A stretch of 64,000 bases of DNA from Daphnia carinata (Eukaryota). The notes beneath the pieces are model-generated. The model had not been told where the DNA came from. It ran no database searches and saw only the letters and a program-made list of their open reading frames with translations. The translations under genes and the position numbers were made by a program. Location of the stretch: positions 1,302,001 through 1,366,000 of the forward strand of contig NC_081333.1 in assembly GCF_022539665.2 (NCBI RefSeq), read 5' to 3'. Position 1 is the stretch's first letter, and each line of letters begins with the position of its first letter. Below, piece after piece: positions 32,424-43,438 of this stretch.

Positions 32424-32755
32424 CCCGTTGGCTGCCACGCCACGCAACCCGTAGGTTGCTGAAACTACATTAGCTACTCGTCGCGTCTGAAGGATCCCGA
32501 CCAAGGGGGGACTTGTCCGAAGACAAGTCCGGGCTGGCACGGTGATAGAGGCCATTCCGGGAATGCACACCCCAGGCTTTCTATCACCGTACCGAAAAAG
32601 AGAAGTCCCTACTGGTGCATTGCCTACGCGCGCCTAAAGGCCTTGTGCCTTTAGGCGCGTTGGCGACTGTTCCCCCCATGGCCATGGGGAAGAACAGCGC
32701 CCGGTCCCTAAAACCTACAAAAAAAATGGGAGCAAACGGGGTGGCAGCCAACGGG
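32424..32755. mobile_element. 332-bp non-autonomous piggyBac-type element (MITE) with a TTAA target-site duplication
   Basis: TTAA (32420-23) + CCCGTTGGCTGCCAC ... GTGGCAGCCAACGGG + TTAA (32756-59). Perfect 15-bp terminal inverted repeats starting with CCC and a TTAA TSD are piggyBac hallmarks. GC-rich interior, no transposase. Confidence 0.88.
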
Positions 32756-32799
32756 TTAACTACACAATACAACAATACAAAACAGAACAATACCAGGGA

Positions 32800-33543
32800 G
32801 AAGACGGCGACGAGGCGAAGGCGAGGGCGGCGACGAGGCGAAGGCGGCGACGAGGCGAAGGCGGCGACGAGGCGAAGAGGCGAAGACGGCGAGAGGCGAA
32901 GGCGGCGAAGACGGCGACGAGGCGAAGGCGGCGAAGACGGCGACGAGGCGAAGGCGGCGAAGACGGCGACGAGGCGAAGGCGGCGAAGACGGCGACGAGG
33001 CGAAGGCGGCGAAGACGGCGACGAGGCGAAGGCGGCGAAGACGGCGACGAGGCGAAGGCGGCGAAGACGGCGACGAGGCGAAGGCGGCGAAGACGGCGAC
33101 GAGGCGAAGGCGGCGAAGACGGCGACGAGGCGAAGGCGGCGAAGACGGCGACGAGGCGAAGGCGGCGAAGACGGCGACGAGGCGAAGGCGGCGAAGACGG
33201 CGACGAGGCGAAGGCGGCGAAGACGGCGACGAGGCGAAGGCGGCGAAGACGGCGACGAGGCGAAGGCGGCGAAGACGGCGACGAGGCGAAGGCGGCGAAG
33301 ACGGCGACGAGGCGAAGGCGGCGAAGACGGCGACGAGGCGAAGGCGGCGAAGACGGCGACGAGGCGAAGGCGGCGAAGACGGCGACGAGGCGAAGGCGGC
33401 GAAGACGGCGACGAGGCGAAGGCGGCGAAGACGGCGACGAGGCGAAGGCGGCGAAGACGGCGACGAGGCGAAGGCGGCGAAGACGGCGACGAGGCGAAGG
33501 CGGCGAAGACGGCGACGAGGCGAAGGCGGCGAAGACGGCGACG

Positions 33544-33575
<32 letters not shown>

Positions 33576-33853
33576 ACGAGGCGAAGGCGGCGAAGACGGC
33601 GACGAGGCGAAGGCGGCGAAGACGGCGACGAGGCGAAGGCGGCGAAGACGGCGACGAGGCGAAGGCGGCGAAGACGGCGACGAGGCGAAGGCGGCGAAGA
33701 CGGCGACGAGGCGAAGGCGGCGAAGACGGCGACGAGGCGAAGGCGGCGAAGACGGCGACGAGGCGAAGGCGGCGACGAGGCGAAGGCGGCGAAGACGGCG
33801 ACGAGGCGAAGGCGGCGAAGACGGCAACTAGGCGAAGACGGCGATGAGGCGAA
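32800..33853. repeat. 26-bp GC-rich minisatellite, ~40 copies (GAAGACGGCGACGAGGCGAAGGCGGC)n
   Basis: Directly visible; the 26-aa period in the ORF translation equals 3 x 26 nt. Confidence 0.98.
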
Positions 33854-35327
33854 AATTAGGACTAGGTTCCTTCTCGGCCCTGCATAACATGTAAAGAAAC
33901 GACATTAAAGGATGCAACATTGTTGATTTAGATATTGAAGTATGATCATGGGCGAGGTGTGGTGGAGGTGTGATTTTTTTCAATTTCACTAGGTTTGAAA
34001 ATTAACTTAGATGATTTCCTTGAATTACTGGATTTTTTTTTATCCAAGGAATCATTACTGGGACCATAATCATTAAACTGACTAAACCCAGAGGATGCTT
34101 CTTTTGTAAAATATCCTTTCATTCTTAAACAATCTTAGGCAAAACAGCAATAAAACAATCATTATCAAAACAACCTATTTTCAAAAGGAGAGAGTCACAA
34201 ACAACAGTGTCATACAGCTTTGCTAGTTGAATGAAGATTCAAGGAAATACTATTAAGTGAACAACTAGTCACAGGAAAGTCATAACATGGAATACAAAGG
34301 TGAACACAATGAGTAAATCATTTAGTTCTCTAGCTATAGATGAAAAGTGACAGATAGCTTAAATAGTAATAGTTCAACCACCGGGTCTGAGTTTGAAACA
34401 GTCCAATCAATCCTTTGGAGTCATCACACGATTTATGTGAGAGACTCATTGAAAAGTAACCCTCTAGCATTAAATTTACCAATAATGGTTCCTCTATATT
34501 CTGAAGTAAAACTGAGAGATAATTAACTTCAGAGATAATTAACTTCAGAAAGGCAGAAAATTACATTTACCAAGCACAATCTGTGCATTAGTTTTTTGCT
34601 ATCCGAGTCCTACTTATCACAATTGTTAACATAACTGACTTCAATTTTCTTAGGTCTAGCAACAAAGAAAAAAATTACGCGTAAATTAGAATAATGTCCC
34701 ATGTTACTTACTTGCTCTTGTAGATGCACAAAACAACGAAAAAACTTTAAAAAACAACAGAGTGAAAACGTTTTCATGTTCACACACCTCAAATGGCAGA
34801 CATTACAGACGACGGTAGCGTCATCTAGCGGCAATCAACATACAAATTAACTTTGAATTTGGCTTCAAAAGCTTCTTAATTCCTGATCGAGTTTCTCTGA
34901 GTTTTAATACACTGTTCCACCTTCCAATACGTCGTTATCTCTACTGGAGAAAAATGGTGCTTTGCGCCCAGCTGTACCACCTACGAGTTTTGGAAGATGT
35001 CGCGGAATTGGTTGGACAGGTTATAAAAAGTTTTCAAGTGGCTTCCAGTTGCAACGCATGTCGTACTTTTGTGTGAACGCTATCCTGCTTCTCCCGTACT
35101 ACTACGATTATCACGCTTCAAGGCCCACTACGTCACCTTCCAGGACCATTACGCCATTAATTTTATTTTGACATTTTTTATTTCATTAACCTTTTGTCTA
35201 TCGGCAACTTCGGGAACACCCGAAGCCCTTCATTAAAAACCTTAGAAAGTCAAAAACAGTTTGTCATTTTCGAACACTTTGTAGTATTAATTTCCATTTC
35301 TGAAATCAGTTCAAACATGTTGGAAGT

Positions 35328-38300
35328 TTATGCAACAATGTATGTTAAGCTTGATCCAATGTCAACTTGCGTTCCATTTTCTTCTACTGCAACAGTTTTA
35401 TTTTCAAGATTCACGAGGAAGGTATGAGCCTCAGTCAGCCGAATCTTGCCCCTTTCCAAGTCGTCAGATGTGGGGATTTTTCTAGGTCCAAGAAGGGGAT
35501 CTTGGTAGCGCCAGAGGGAAACTCGTTTGGGATCTAAAAAAGAAAACACGCATGTAAAATACAACGGATGAGCTCTATCCTTCAGTTATGAAACGAACCC
35601 TTAATTTGTTTATGATGTTTAACTAAACGACTGGCTAATTTGGCCGGCGTGTCTCCTTGCATTATTGCAAGCTTTACTTCAAATAAACCCGAAAGTGGTT
35701 GCGGGTTGAGGAAGTTGATGGAAACGCCAGGTTGATAACGGAAGGTAATGTGAGGGACGCCAGGTACACAGTCTTCTTTAATTTTTTCATCGGCAGTAGG
35801 ATCATCTGAATACAGGACATTCAATCCTTCTAACTGCGCAAATTACGTAACGACAGGATTAGTGTACATTCAGTGAAGGTTAGAAAGGTAAACTTACATC
35901 CAATGTTGCGGTAAGATATTCGATGTTCTTCGTGATTATTTCCGCTTCGTTGAAGTCCATTGTCAAATTGAGAGCACGAATACCATGCTTGGCTACTTTT
36001 TCTTTTGCCACTTGAACGAAAGGCATAACTTTCTTCATAGATTTTTTCAATTCCGGTTTCGAGCTAAGCTCTGATGATAACCACTTGTTATCAGGCATAA
36101 CTCCATCTTGCTACGATAATGCAAAATAATTAATAATTCAATAATATCAAAGAATTTTTTACTTTTTTTTTTCTTACGTTATATTTTTCTTGAAGAAGGG
36201 TCAAGATGATTGATTGCCAAGTAGGATAATTTTTTGCAATCCAAACAGTGCCATGTGTGGGTTTGTCAGTTGGTACGTTGACCCCTTTTTTGGCACCTTT
36301 CGAGGAAAGTGATGATAGGTATGCTTTCATTCGCAAACGGAATTCATGGGCAGCCTGGTCCAGATACGCCCCGGCGCTGATGAGAACGCTATCATATTCT
36401 GGAACAGACGGCCATTGGCATTTCAGTATGCTTTCTTCGTGACCAAGCAATTGCCATACATGTTCCGCAATATGTGGGCAAATGGGTGAGAGAATAACAG
36501 CTTGGGTTTCGATGTATTTGAGTATTAACTTTTTATGCATATTGCCCATGCTTATTTCTCTGTAAGTGTCCCGGATTGCTTGGTATTCGAAGAATCCCGT
36601 GCGAAGGGCCTCTGAACAAAATTTAAAAATAAATAAATCAATACAGGAATAATACAAATAAAAAAAATTTTAACTTGGTTTTTAAGAAAAAATTTAAAAG
36701 TAACCTTTGAAAAGCATGCGGTCATAATTCTGATTTGTCTCTGTAATTTTCAGGTTCATCTCATTGTCAAACACTTGGTCATTAAACGTGTAATCGGAAT
36801 CTCTTAACTGATCGATAGTAGCAAGAGATTCCTTAACCCAATCGATTAAGTTATAGAGTCTGAAACATAAAACATTCTTTATGAATTTTATCCGATAATG
36901 GAATTAAATGTTAAAGTAGCAAAACAAACGTTTCACAGTAAATTTACCTTAAAATTCCTGCATCTGCCATTGCCTCAACAAAATTGGCATCTTCCACAGA
37001 ATCACCAGAATCCGCCAAAGCTAATCTCATGCCGTCGGCGCTAAACTTTTCAATGGCTTCAGCAAGTGTCAAAAAATTACCAGTTGATTTTGACATTTTT
37101 TCAGAATTAAGAAGCAAATGTCCATTGGCTCGAATGGCTTGAGGCCACCTAGACTCAAAAATATTTCGTAAAACTATAATTGTACATTATATGTTTCATC
37201 AATTACCTGTTTGGTTCGTTCGGCCAGATTGCGACATGGTTGTATAGGAAATACGTCAAATGGTTTGGCACCAAATCTTTCCCGGAAACACGCAAGTCAA
37301 CAGGGTACCAAAAATTGAACTCTTTTTTCAAAACGCGTAGTTTTTCTTCAGGAATAGCAGTGGTAGGCAGTGGTGCCTCTTTGAAGAAAATGTAATCCCA
37401 AACTTCAGGAGTCATTTGCTCGGCATTGATACCTAAGGCATTATCTCCTACGGGTGTATGAATATTGCAAATTAACAAAGTTCGAGACGGCTAGCCGAAA
37501 AATATATGGTACCTGATCCATCAAAAGTGTTCCCCTGTAACAAATGTGCCACAGTATAATAAGCCATGTAAATAGTAGAATCCGAAAGGGATTCAATTAA
37601 CCATTTTTCATCCCAAGGCAGCTTTGAGCCTAGTCCATACGTCCGAGAACACGCATGCTCTTTAAGCCAATCCAAGGTGGCAGTGAAATTTTTTCGAACT
37701 TCATCGTGAAAAGTGTTGATTTTCGCCAAAGCTTCGGTAGTGCGTTCCCTCCACGCCCCCTTTCCATAGTCGAGGTACCACTGGTCGCACAGAGCCACCA
37801 CACATTCATCGCCGGATCTATAATGTGCAGTATTTCGTAAGAGTAAAATTTCTGAATTTAAAAAATAAATAAAATACAGCATGCCTGGAAATAATTGTTT
37901 TCTCTGGCTCCATGTAAACAAGGGCTTGTGCAGCTTGAATCATCTCCTTCTGGATCACTTTCTTGACATCCTGCACTTTTTTTCCCTGATGAGGTCCAAC
38001 GAGGAGAACGCCGTCGTAAAACCCTGTCACAATTATTTGTTAGTTTACCACTGTCCTTACTATCGCTGTGAAACGCCATACCTTTCAAGTAAACAAGTTC
38101 TTTCGCCTCCAGAAGTTTATCTTTATCATTTTGACTCTGGATTTTGAAGCGATCGCAAGCGTATACCGCACTCAGATTCCCTAGCTCAGGCACTTCTACA
38201 ATAGGAACAGGCTCAAACGGTAAAACCATTTCATCGTTGATTCCATATTTTTCCCTGAAGGTAAAAACATAAAATTTACGAGGAAAAAACAAACAAATAT

Positions 38301-39938
38301 GTACATATCTTGATTACTAAATGTGCAAGAAAACGAAATTGATAAAACGATATTTGCAGTAAAAGTTTACCTTAAAGCGGCCTTATTTTTCAAGTCCCGA
38401 AGAGCTGCGTAATCATCGGGAGAATCGGAGGGAACGCTGGTCACAATACCAGTTCCCTTATCCTCTTTGATTGTTAACATTGGCAAAGCATAAATTGGAT
38501 TGTAGCTGGAAAGAGGAGACTGAAGTGACGCACCTAGAATTTGCTGTAAAAATATAAAGATAAATCAAACAGTGTAAAAATCAAAATGAAACTATAAACT
38601 TACTTCGCCTTTGATTTTAGCCAAAACGGAAACCTTTCCTACTTCTGCTGTCATTTTCTGGAACGACATGTTCAAAGCCGCTCGGTACGTGCAAACGAAA
38701 ATTTCACCAGAATTCGTTTCAAAAACAATATAATCCATGTCCGGACGTAGCCAACAGTTGGTTTGGCCGTACATAGTTTCAGGGCGAAGAGTGGCAGCTA
38801 CCAAAAATATTGGCTTCTTGTCAAAGGGCCTGAAAATAAAATTAATAAAATTATTCAATAATTAAGAAATAAAAATTGAAATAAAAATAATAATGGTTTA
38901 TTACGCCAAGACTTTAGGCACAGGATCTAAGATTTTCATCTTGATCAGAGTGTATTCCATTGGACCAACACCTTCGCCGGATGCCCGGTCGTGGTCCATA
39001 CAGGGCTGGTCGTCCTTGGGCGAGAAAATCGTGTAACGTTCACCAAATTGAATGTGCCCACGGTCTCGTAGGCGCAAGAACTGCCAACGTACGAAGCTAT
39101 CGTAGAAGGGATTTGCGTCGGTCGTAATGAAGGATCGTCGCCAATCAACCTTTTAGTTTGAAAGCAAAACATTAAGGAGACATCCAATCCTAATGTAAAA
39201 GCAAACTTACATGTAGGCCTAGTTTCATCAAATCTCGCTTCGCCAATGGAGGGAAAAACTTTAGCCAATATTCTGCATCAGCAAAAGGTCTAATTTCTTC
39301 ATCTTTCAACCCCAGGCTTTGCATAATTTGCCATTGGTATTTTGCTGATCCTGACTTTGCTACAAGTTTGCTTTTCTTGCCTATAACAGGCCAGTAAAAA
39401 TGTCAAATTTGTCATTATAATCTAAATGTCAATATACCCTTTGATTTGTCTTTAGGAATGGCGGCTTCCCTGACATCTTCTATGACTTCTTCAACTTGTT
39501 CTGGAAGATTTGGTGGAAATCCAAACTGTTCCATTTCCCTTTTAAGCTTGTCCGCACAAGCCTGCAAATAAATAAAGTAGATAAAATGATAATAGTAGAT
39601 AAAATATAGCTGATGCTGCTACATTTTATATCATGTCTGATTTTCCTTACCTTAATTGGCATTCCTGTGCAGTGAAATCCAAAAGGATACAAACACTTTT
39701 TCCCCTTCAATCGTTGGTAACCAACGGCAAGATCACACTTCATTAGGGTAAAAGTATGCCCTAAGTGTAGCAGCCCATTCATGTATGGATATGGAAAATT
39801 GACAAAGTATTTTTCCATGCTGGTTTCATCTTCAGGTGCATCTTCTTCAAATATCTTGGAATTTTCCCACTTTTCCTGGATAACTCTTTCAAGTTCCAGA
39901 AGAAAATCCACCTTGAAGCGACCTTTTCTCTCAGTCAT
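35328..39938 (-). CDS. LARS1: Cytoplasmic leucyl-tRNA synthetase
   Basis: [14 protein letters not shown] (HIGH-like), [80 protein letters not shown] at ~37090. Confidence 0.97.
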
Positions 39939-39965
39939 TCTGATAAAGACCTGATGAAGAAACAT

Positions 39966-40879
39966 TGCAATTTTTTATTATTGAAAAAACTGCTCCATTT
40001 TCATAACAAGTATTGATTTCCTGATAGCAAATTATATCCAAAATTTAACTTAAAAAAAGAAATTAACATAATAACGAACTGGTCGAGAAATTCGTTAAAT
40101 CCTTGACCGGCTACAACAAAATCTTACTTTTAATTGCTGATAAACGAAGAACGTGGAAGGAGATTAATGATCACTAGAGAACGAAGTTGAGCAGTCTTGC
40201 GGCAACTGAGCAGACGACAGAGATGGGAAATAGTGAACCCACCGTGACGCAAGGAGATGCAGAGTGTATTTGGTTTTTCACGAACTGTGTTACACACTTC
40301 CACGTGTCATGACGAGTTGACTACTATATACGAGGCCGGAAACGTCTTTCCGATTAGTACCCAGCCCCACTTACCTGAAATTATTACCGGGTGGTACTGG
40401 CACTACATACATAAAATGTATCTCTTTTTTTCAAATTTTTTTTCAGTTTATCCCCAAGTATCTTGCGGTGGTAAATCGAGTTTCAGGTAATTGGGGCCGA
40501 GAAAAAACTTCGCTTTCGTAATTTCCAGGGAAAATTCCCTTAAATAGAGTTACCATTTGAAATTTTTTTATACATCTTTTTGTAAATCTAAATGTTATGC
40601 TAGCAGAAACCAAAATTTGCTTATTACAGTAGTTTTAAACTCAAAAGAGCTATTTCATGTTTGTATCAGAACACCTCAGGCTCAGGTAATTTATTAGACT
40701 TCGTATCCGCAATTCCGCATACTCTTTTCATTTTTCACTTTGCTCCACCTTCCTTGTTTTACTACAACAGTTAAAGCGGTTATGATGAGGGGTGTGGAAA
40801 GGAGGTTTTCTGTTGTTGTTTCCAGCTTGCTCCCTTTAACAAGTTTTCCTTAAAAAAAAATCAGGTACCTTGGATCGAA
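39966..40879. promoter_or_regulatory. Divergent promoter and 5' UTR region shared by LARS1 and PSPH
   Basis: Head-to-head gene orientation; GGCAAC and AGCAGACGA motifs at ~40200-40218. Confidence 0.6.
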
Positions 40880-41828
40880 ATGTCCACGAAACAAGCGGTG
40901 ATTGAATTACTTAAACAAGCTGATGCAGTTTGTTTCGATGTTGATTCAACGGTATGTACAGGGGAAGGTATTGACGATTTGGCATTTCGTTGTGGTAAGG
41001 AAGACCAAGTCAAAGAAATGTAAATATGTCGCACTTCTGCTCTTCATACCGCATATTTCTATCAACTTCTATCTTGAATGTTTTTTTTATCATAGGACAT
41101 GCAAAGCTATGTGTGGGAATTTGGATTTTCGGGAATCCCTTAAACTGAGGCTTGTATATAATTTCATGCTGTTTTTTTTTTTTTTTTTTTTACCTTCTTA
41201 CACATTCATAATAATACATTAGAACATTATTCAACCTCATCATCATCTTGTAAGGAACCTAGCAGAGGAACAACCACTTAAAATAACTCCGCATGTGCAG
41301 TATGTTAAGGGTTTCTTTCAACATGCAATCAAGTGTTATAATCATATTTATATTTGTAACTTAGGAATCTGATAAATACCCTACATTTTCTTAATAAAAA
41401 GGCATATTTAGTATCTGGTGGCTTTGAAACTTTAATATTTCCAGTTGCACATGAACTTGGAATTCCAAAGGAAAATGTTTATGCCAATAGGCTTAAATTT
41501 TATTATGATGGAAGTTATGCTGGGTTTGATGAAGATCAACCAACTTCCAAGTCAGGAGGGAAAAACATTGTCATTCAAACAATTAGGGAAAAATTTGACC
41601 ATTCAATTATCATCATGATTGGTGATGGAGTAACAGACATGGAAGCTTGCCCACCAGCTGATGCTTTTATAGGTATGAAAGATAGATCGTATCTAAGAAT
41701 AACTTTATTCCCAACACTATTGTATGTTGCTACTAGGATTTGGAGGTAATGTCGTACGCGAAGTTGTCAAAGCCAATACATCGTGGTTCGTTACGGATTT
41801 CCAAGATTTGATAAAAGTCCTCGTGTGA
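40880..41828 (+). CDS. PSPH: Phosphoserine phosphatase (HAD family)
   Basis: Joined exons give AVCFDVDST (DxDST), LVSGGF, YANRLKFY, GFDEDQPTSKSGGK and MIGDGVTDMEACPPADAFIGFGGNVVR. Largely missed by the ORF track. Confidence 0.93.
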
Positions 41829-42141
41829 TCTACATTGCAAAAGTTTAAGCCGTAAAAGAAACGCGCAAATTTTCCCAGGGACTATACTTTAAAAGTACGA
41901 GCTTGCTAAGTTACTGCAATACACTTTTTGGTGCTACTTAATACTTAGCATCGTATTTGGCATAGTGTTTACCTTACCGGCGATTACAACGATAACTCAA
42001 ATATCTAAGATCACAATAAAACCACTTATGTGGATTATGGGCAAACGTATAAAAGATAGTCTTAAATGTCAGTAGTTGTAATTTATCGGACCGGTTACAT
42101 AAAAAAAAAAGACTACGGCGAATGAAGAAGCTGACGAGATC

Positions 42142-42909
42142 TTAACGTGGAGGTGCTGGGGCCAATCCCATTCCTGGTCCTCCCATTCCTGCATGCTGAC
42201 CACCAACTGACATTGCAGCACCAGGTCCCAATAAAATCTTCACAGTTTCAAAGTTATTAGTAACATGAATCAGTACTCATGTTAATTATTAATCTACCTG
42301 TCGTTGCTGCTGTTTTTGCATTTCCTCCATTTGTGCTCTTTCAACTTCAAATATAACTGGTGCAAAGAGAATGGCAGATGTGCTGAACAGAATCCAAGAT
42401 GCTGAACGGGCAAAGGAGTATAGACCTTGAAAATCAAATAAAAAAACGCTCATGATGTTTTCTTTGACGGTAAGTGACACAACCTCCGTTAATTCCCAAA
42501 ACGGAAGCTGTTACCCTAACTACATCAACACGAACCTTTCACAGATGAAAATGTGCCACGAACAAGTTTTGCAGTTCCAACTTGTACAAATGTTGGAAAC
42601 ATTTCTGTCAGCCCAACCAATCTTTCAAGCACTGTTTCATCAAAATCCTAATAGAGAAATTTTTTTTACAGTAATGTACCCACCAATTGTATTTCGTTTT
42701 TTTACCTCATCATCGTCGTCTGAATCTTCGTTCTCTACTGCTTTCGATGACGACACGGCAACGACTGAGGCATCACCCGATTCAGAGTTTCGTCGTTCAT
42801 CAACACGTGCCGGACTGGGAGCGTTTTCTTTGGATTCCTCTTCTTCTTCGCCATTTATACTATTTATAATCTCCACACTAAGCTCGTCAAGTTCTTCAAT
42901 AGTTGCCAT
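42142..42909 (-). CDS. TOMM22: Mitochondrial import receptor TOM22
   Basis: Acidic N-terminus, DETVLERLVGLTEMFP, transmembrane segment WILFSTSAILFAPVIFEVERAQ, QQQRQILLGP. Confidence 0.93.
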
Positions 42910-43438
42910 TATTAAGTTGAAACTACGTAGTTTTCTTACACGGTTACTTTACGTTTAACACTAATGATTACTGTGAAGAAAAAAAGTAGTCGGTTCATGC
43001 ACAAAATTGGCTAATCAAGGGCAACGAAAATCGTCTGCTTTTTGAAACCCAACCTAACTAGTACGAGAGTATCATTCGAAGTAGTAGACTAGTATCTCTA
43101 GTAGACATAAAAGCTGCACTGATAAATTAAAATTCGAAAATGCGATAGAAAAAAAAAATTGCAAGCATGCGAATAAAATTGTCTAAAAATAATAAACTGA
43201 TGTTTTTAATAAAAAATTTTGAGTTTGAACAGTGGCTTTTGGATTTTTAAAATTTTTTTATGATTTGAAAATTGAAATTTATAAACAAAAACAAGCAATA
43301 AATGGCAATGCTACTTCAAATTAGAAATTGAAAGTTGTCTGCTGCATGTGTTAACGGAAGCTCACACGTGGTGTTTAAAGTCAAATTATTATTGTTAGTG
43401 TAGAACTTCGACCACGACCATATTCCTGAGTCCCCAAG
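42910..43438. promoter_or_regulatory. Divergent promoter shared by TOMM22 and DDX24
   Basis: Head-to-head genes ~530 bp apart; GGCAAC and TCGTCTGCT at ~43019-43039, TTGTCTGCT at 43335. Confidence 0.65.

Noticed and set aside
32455..32600. Hammerhead ribozyme inside the MITE (GAAAC and CTGAAGG nearby)
   Set aside because: No CUGANGA core in the proper helix arrangement on either strand.
32615..33847. 410-aa (+) and 355-aa (-) Arg-rich ORFs
   Set aside because: Artefacts of a T-less 26-bp repeat that cannot contain stop codons; the unit is not a multiple of 3, so the translation cycles through frames.
32800..33853. CRISPR-like array
   Set aside because: Head-to-tail repeats without unique spacers, no cas genes, eukaryotic context.
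42452..42958. 168-aa ORF antisense to TOM22
   Set aside because: Low-complexity mirror of TOM22's acidic codons; no recognisable protein features.
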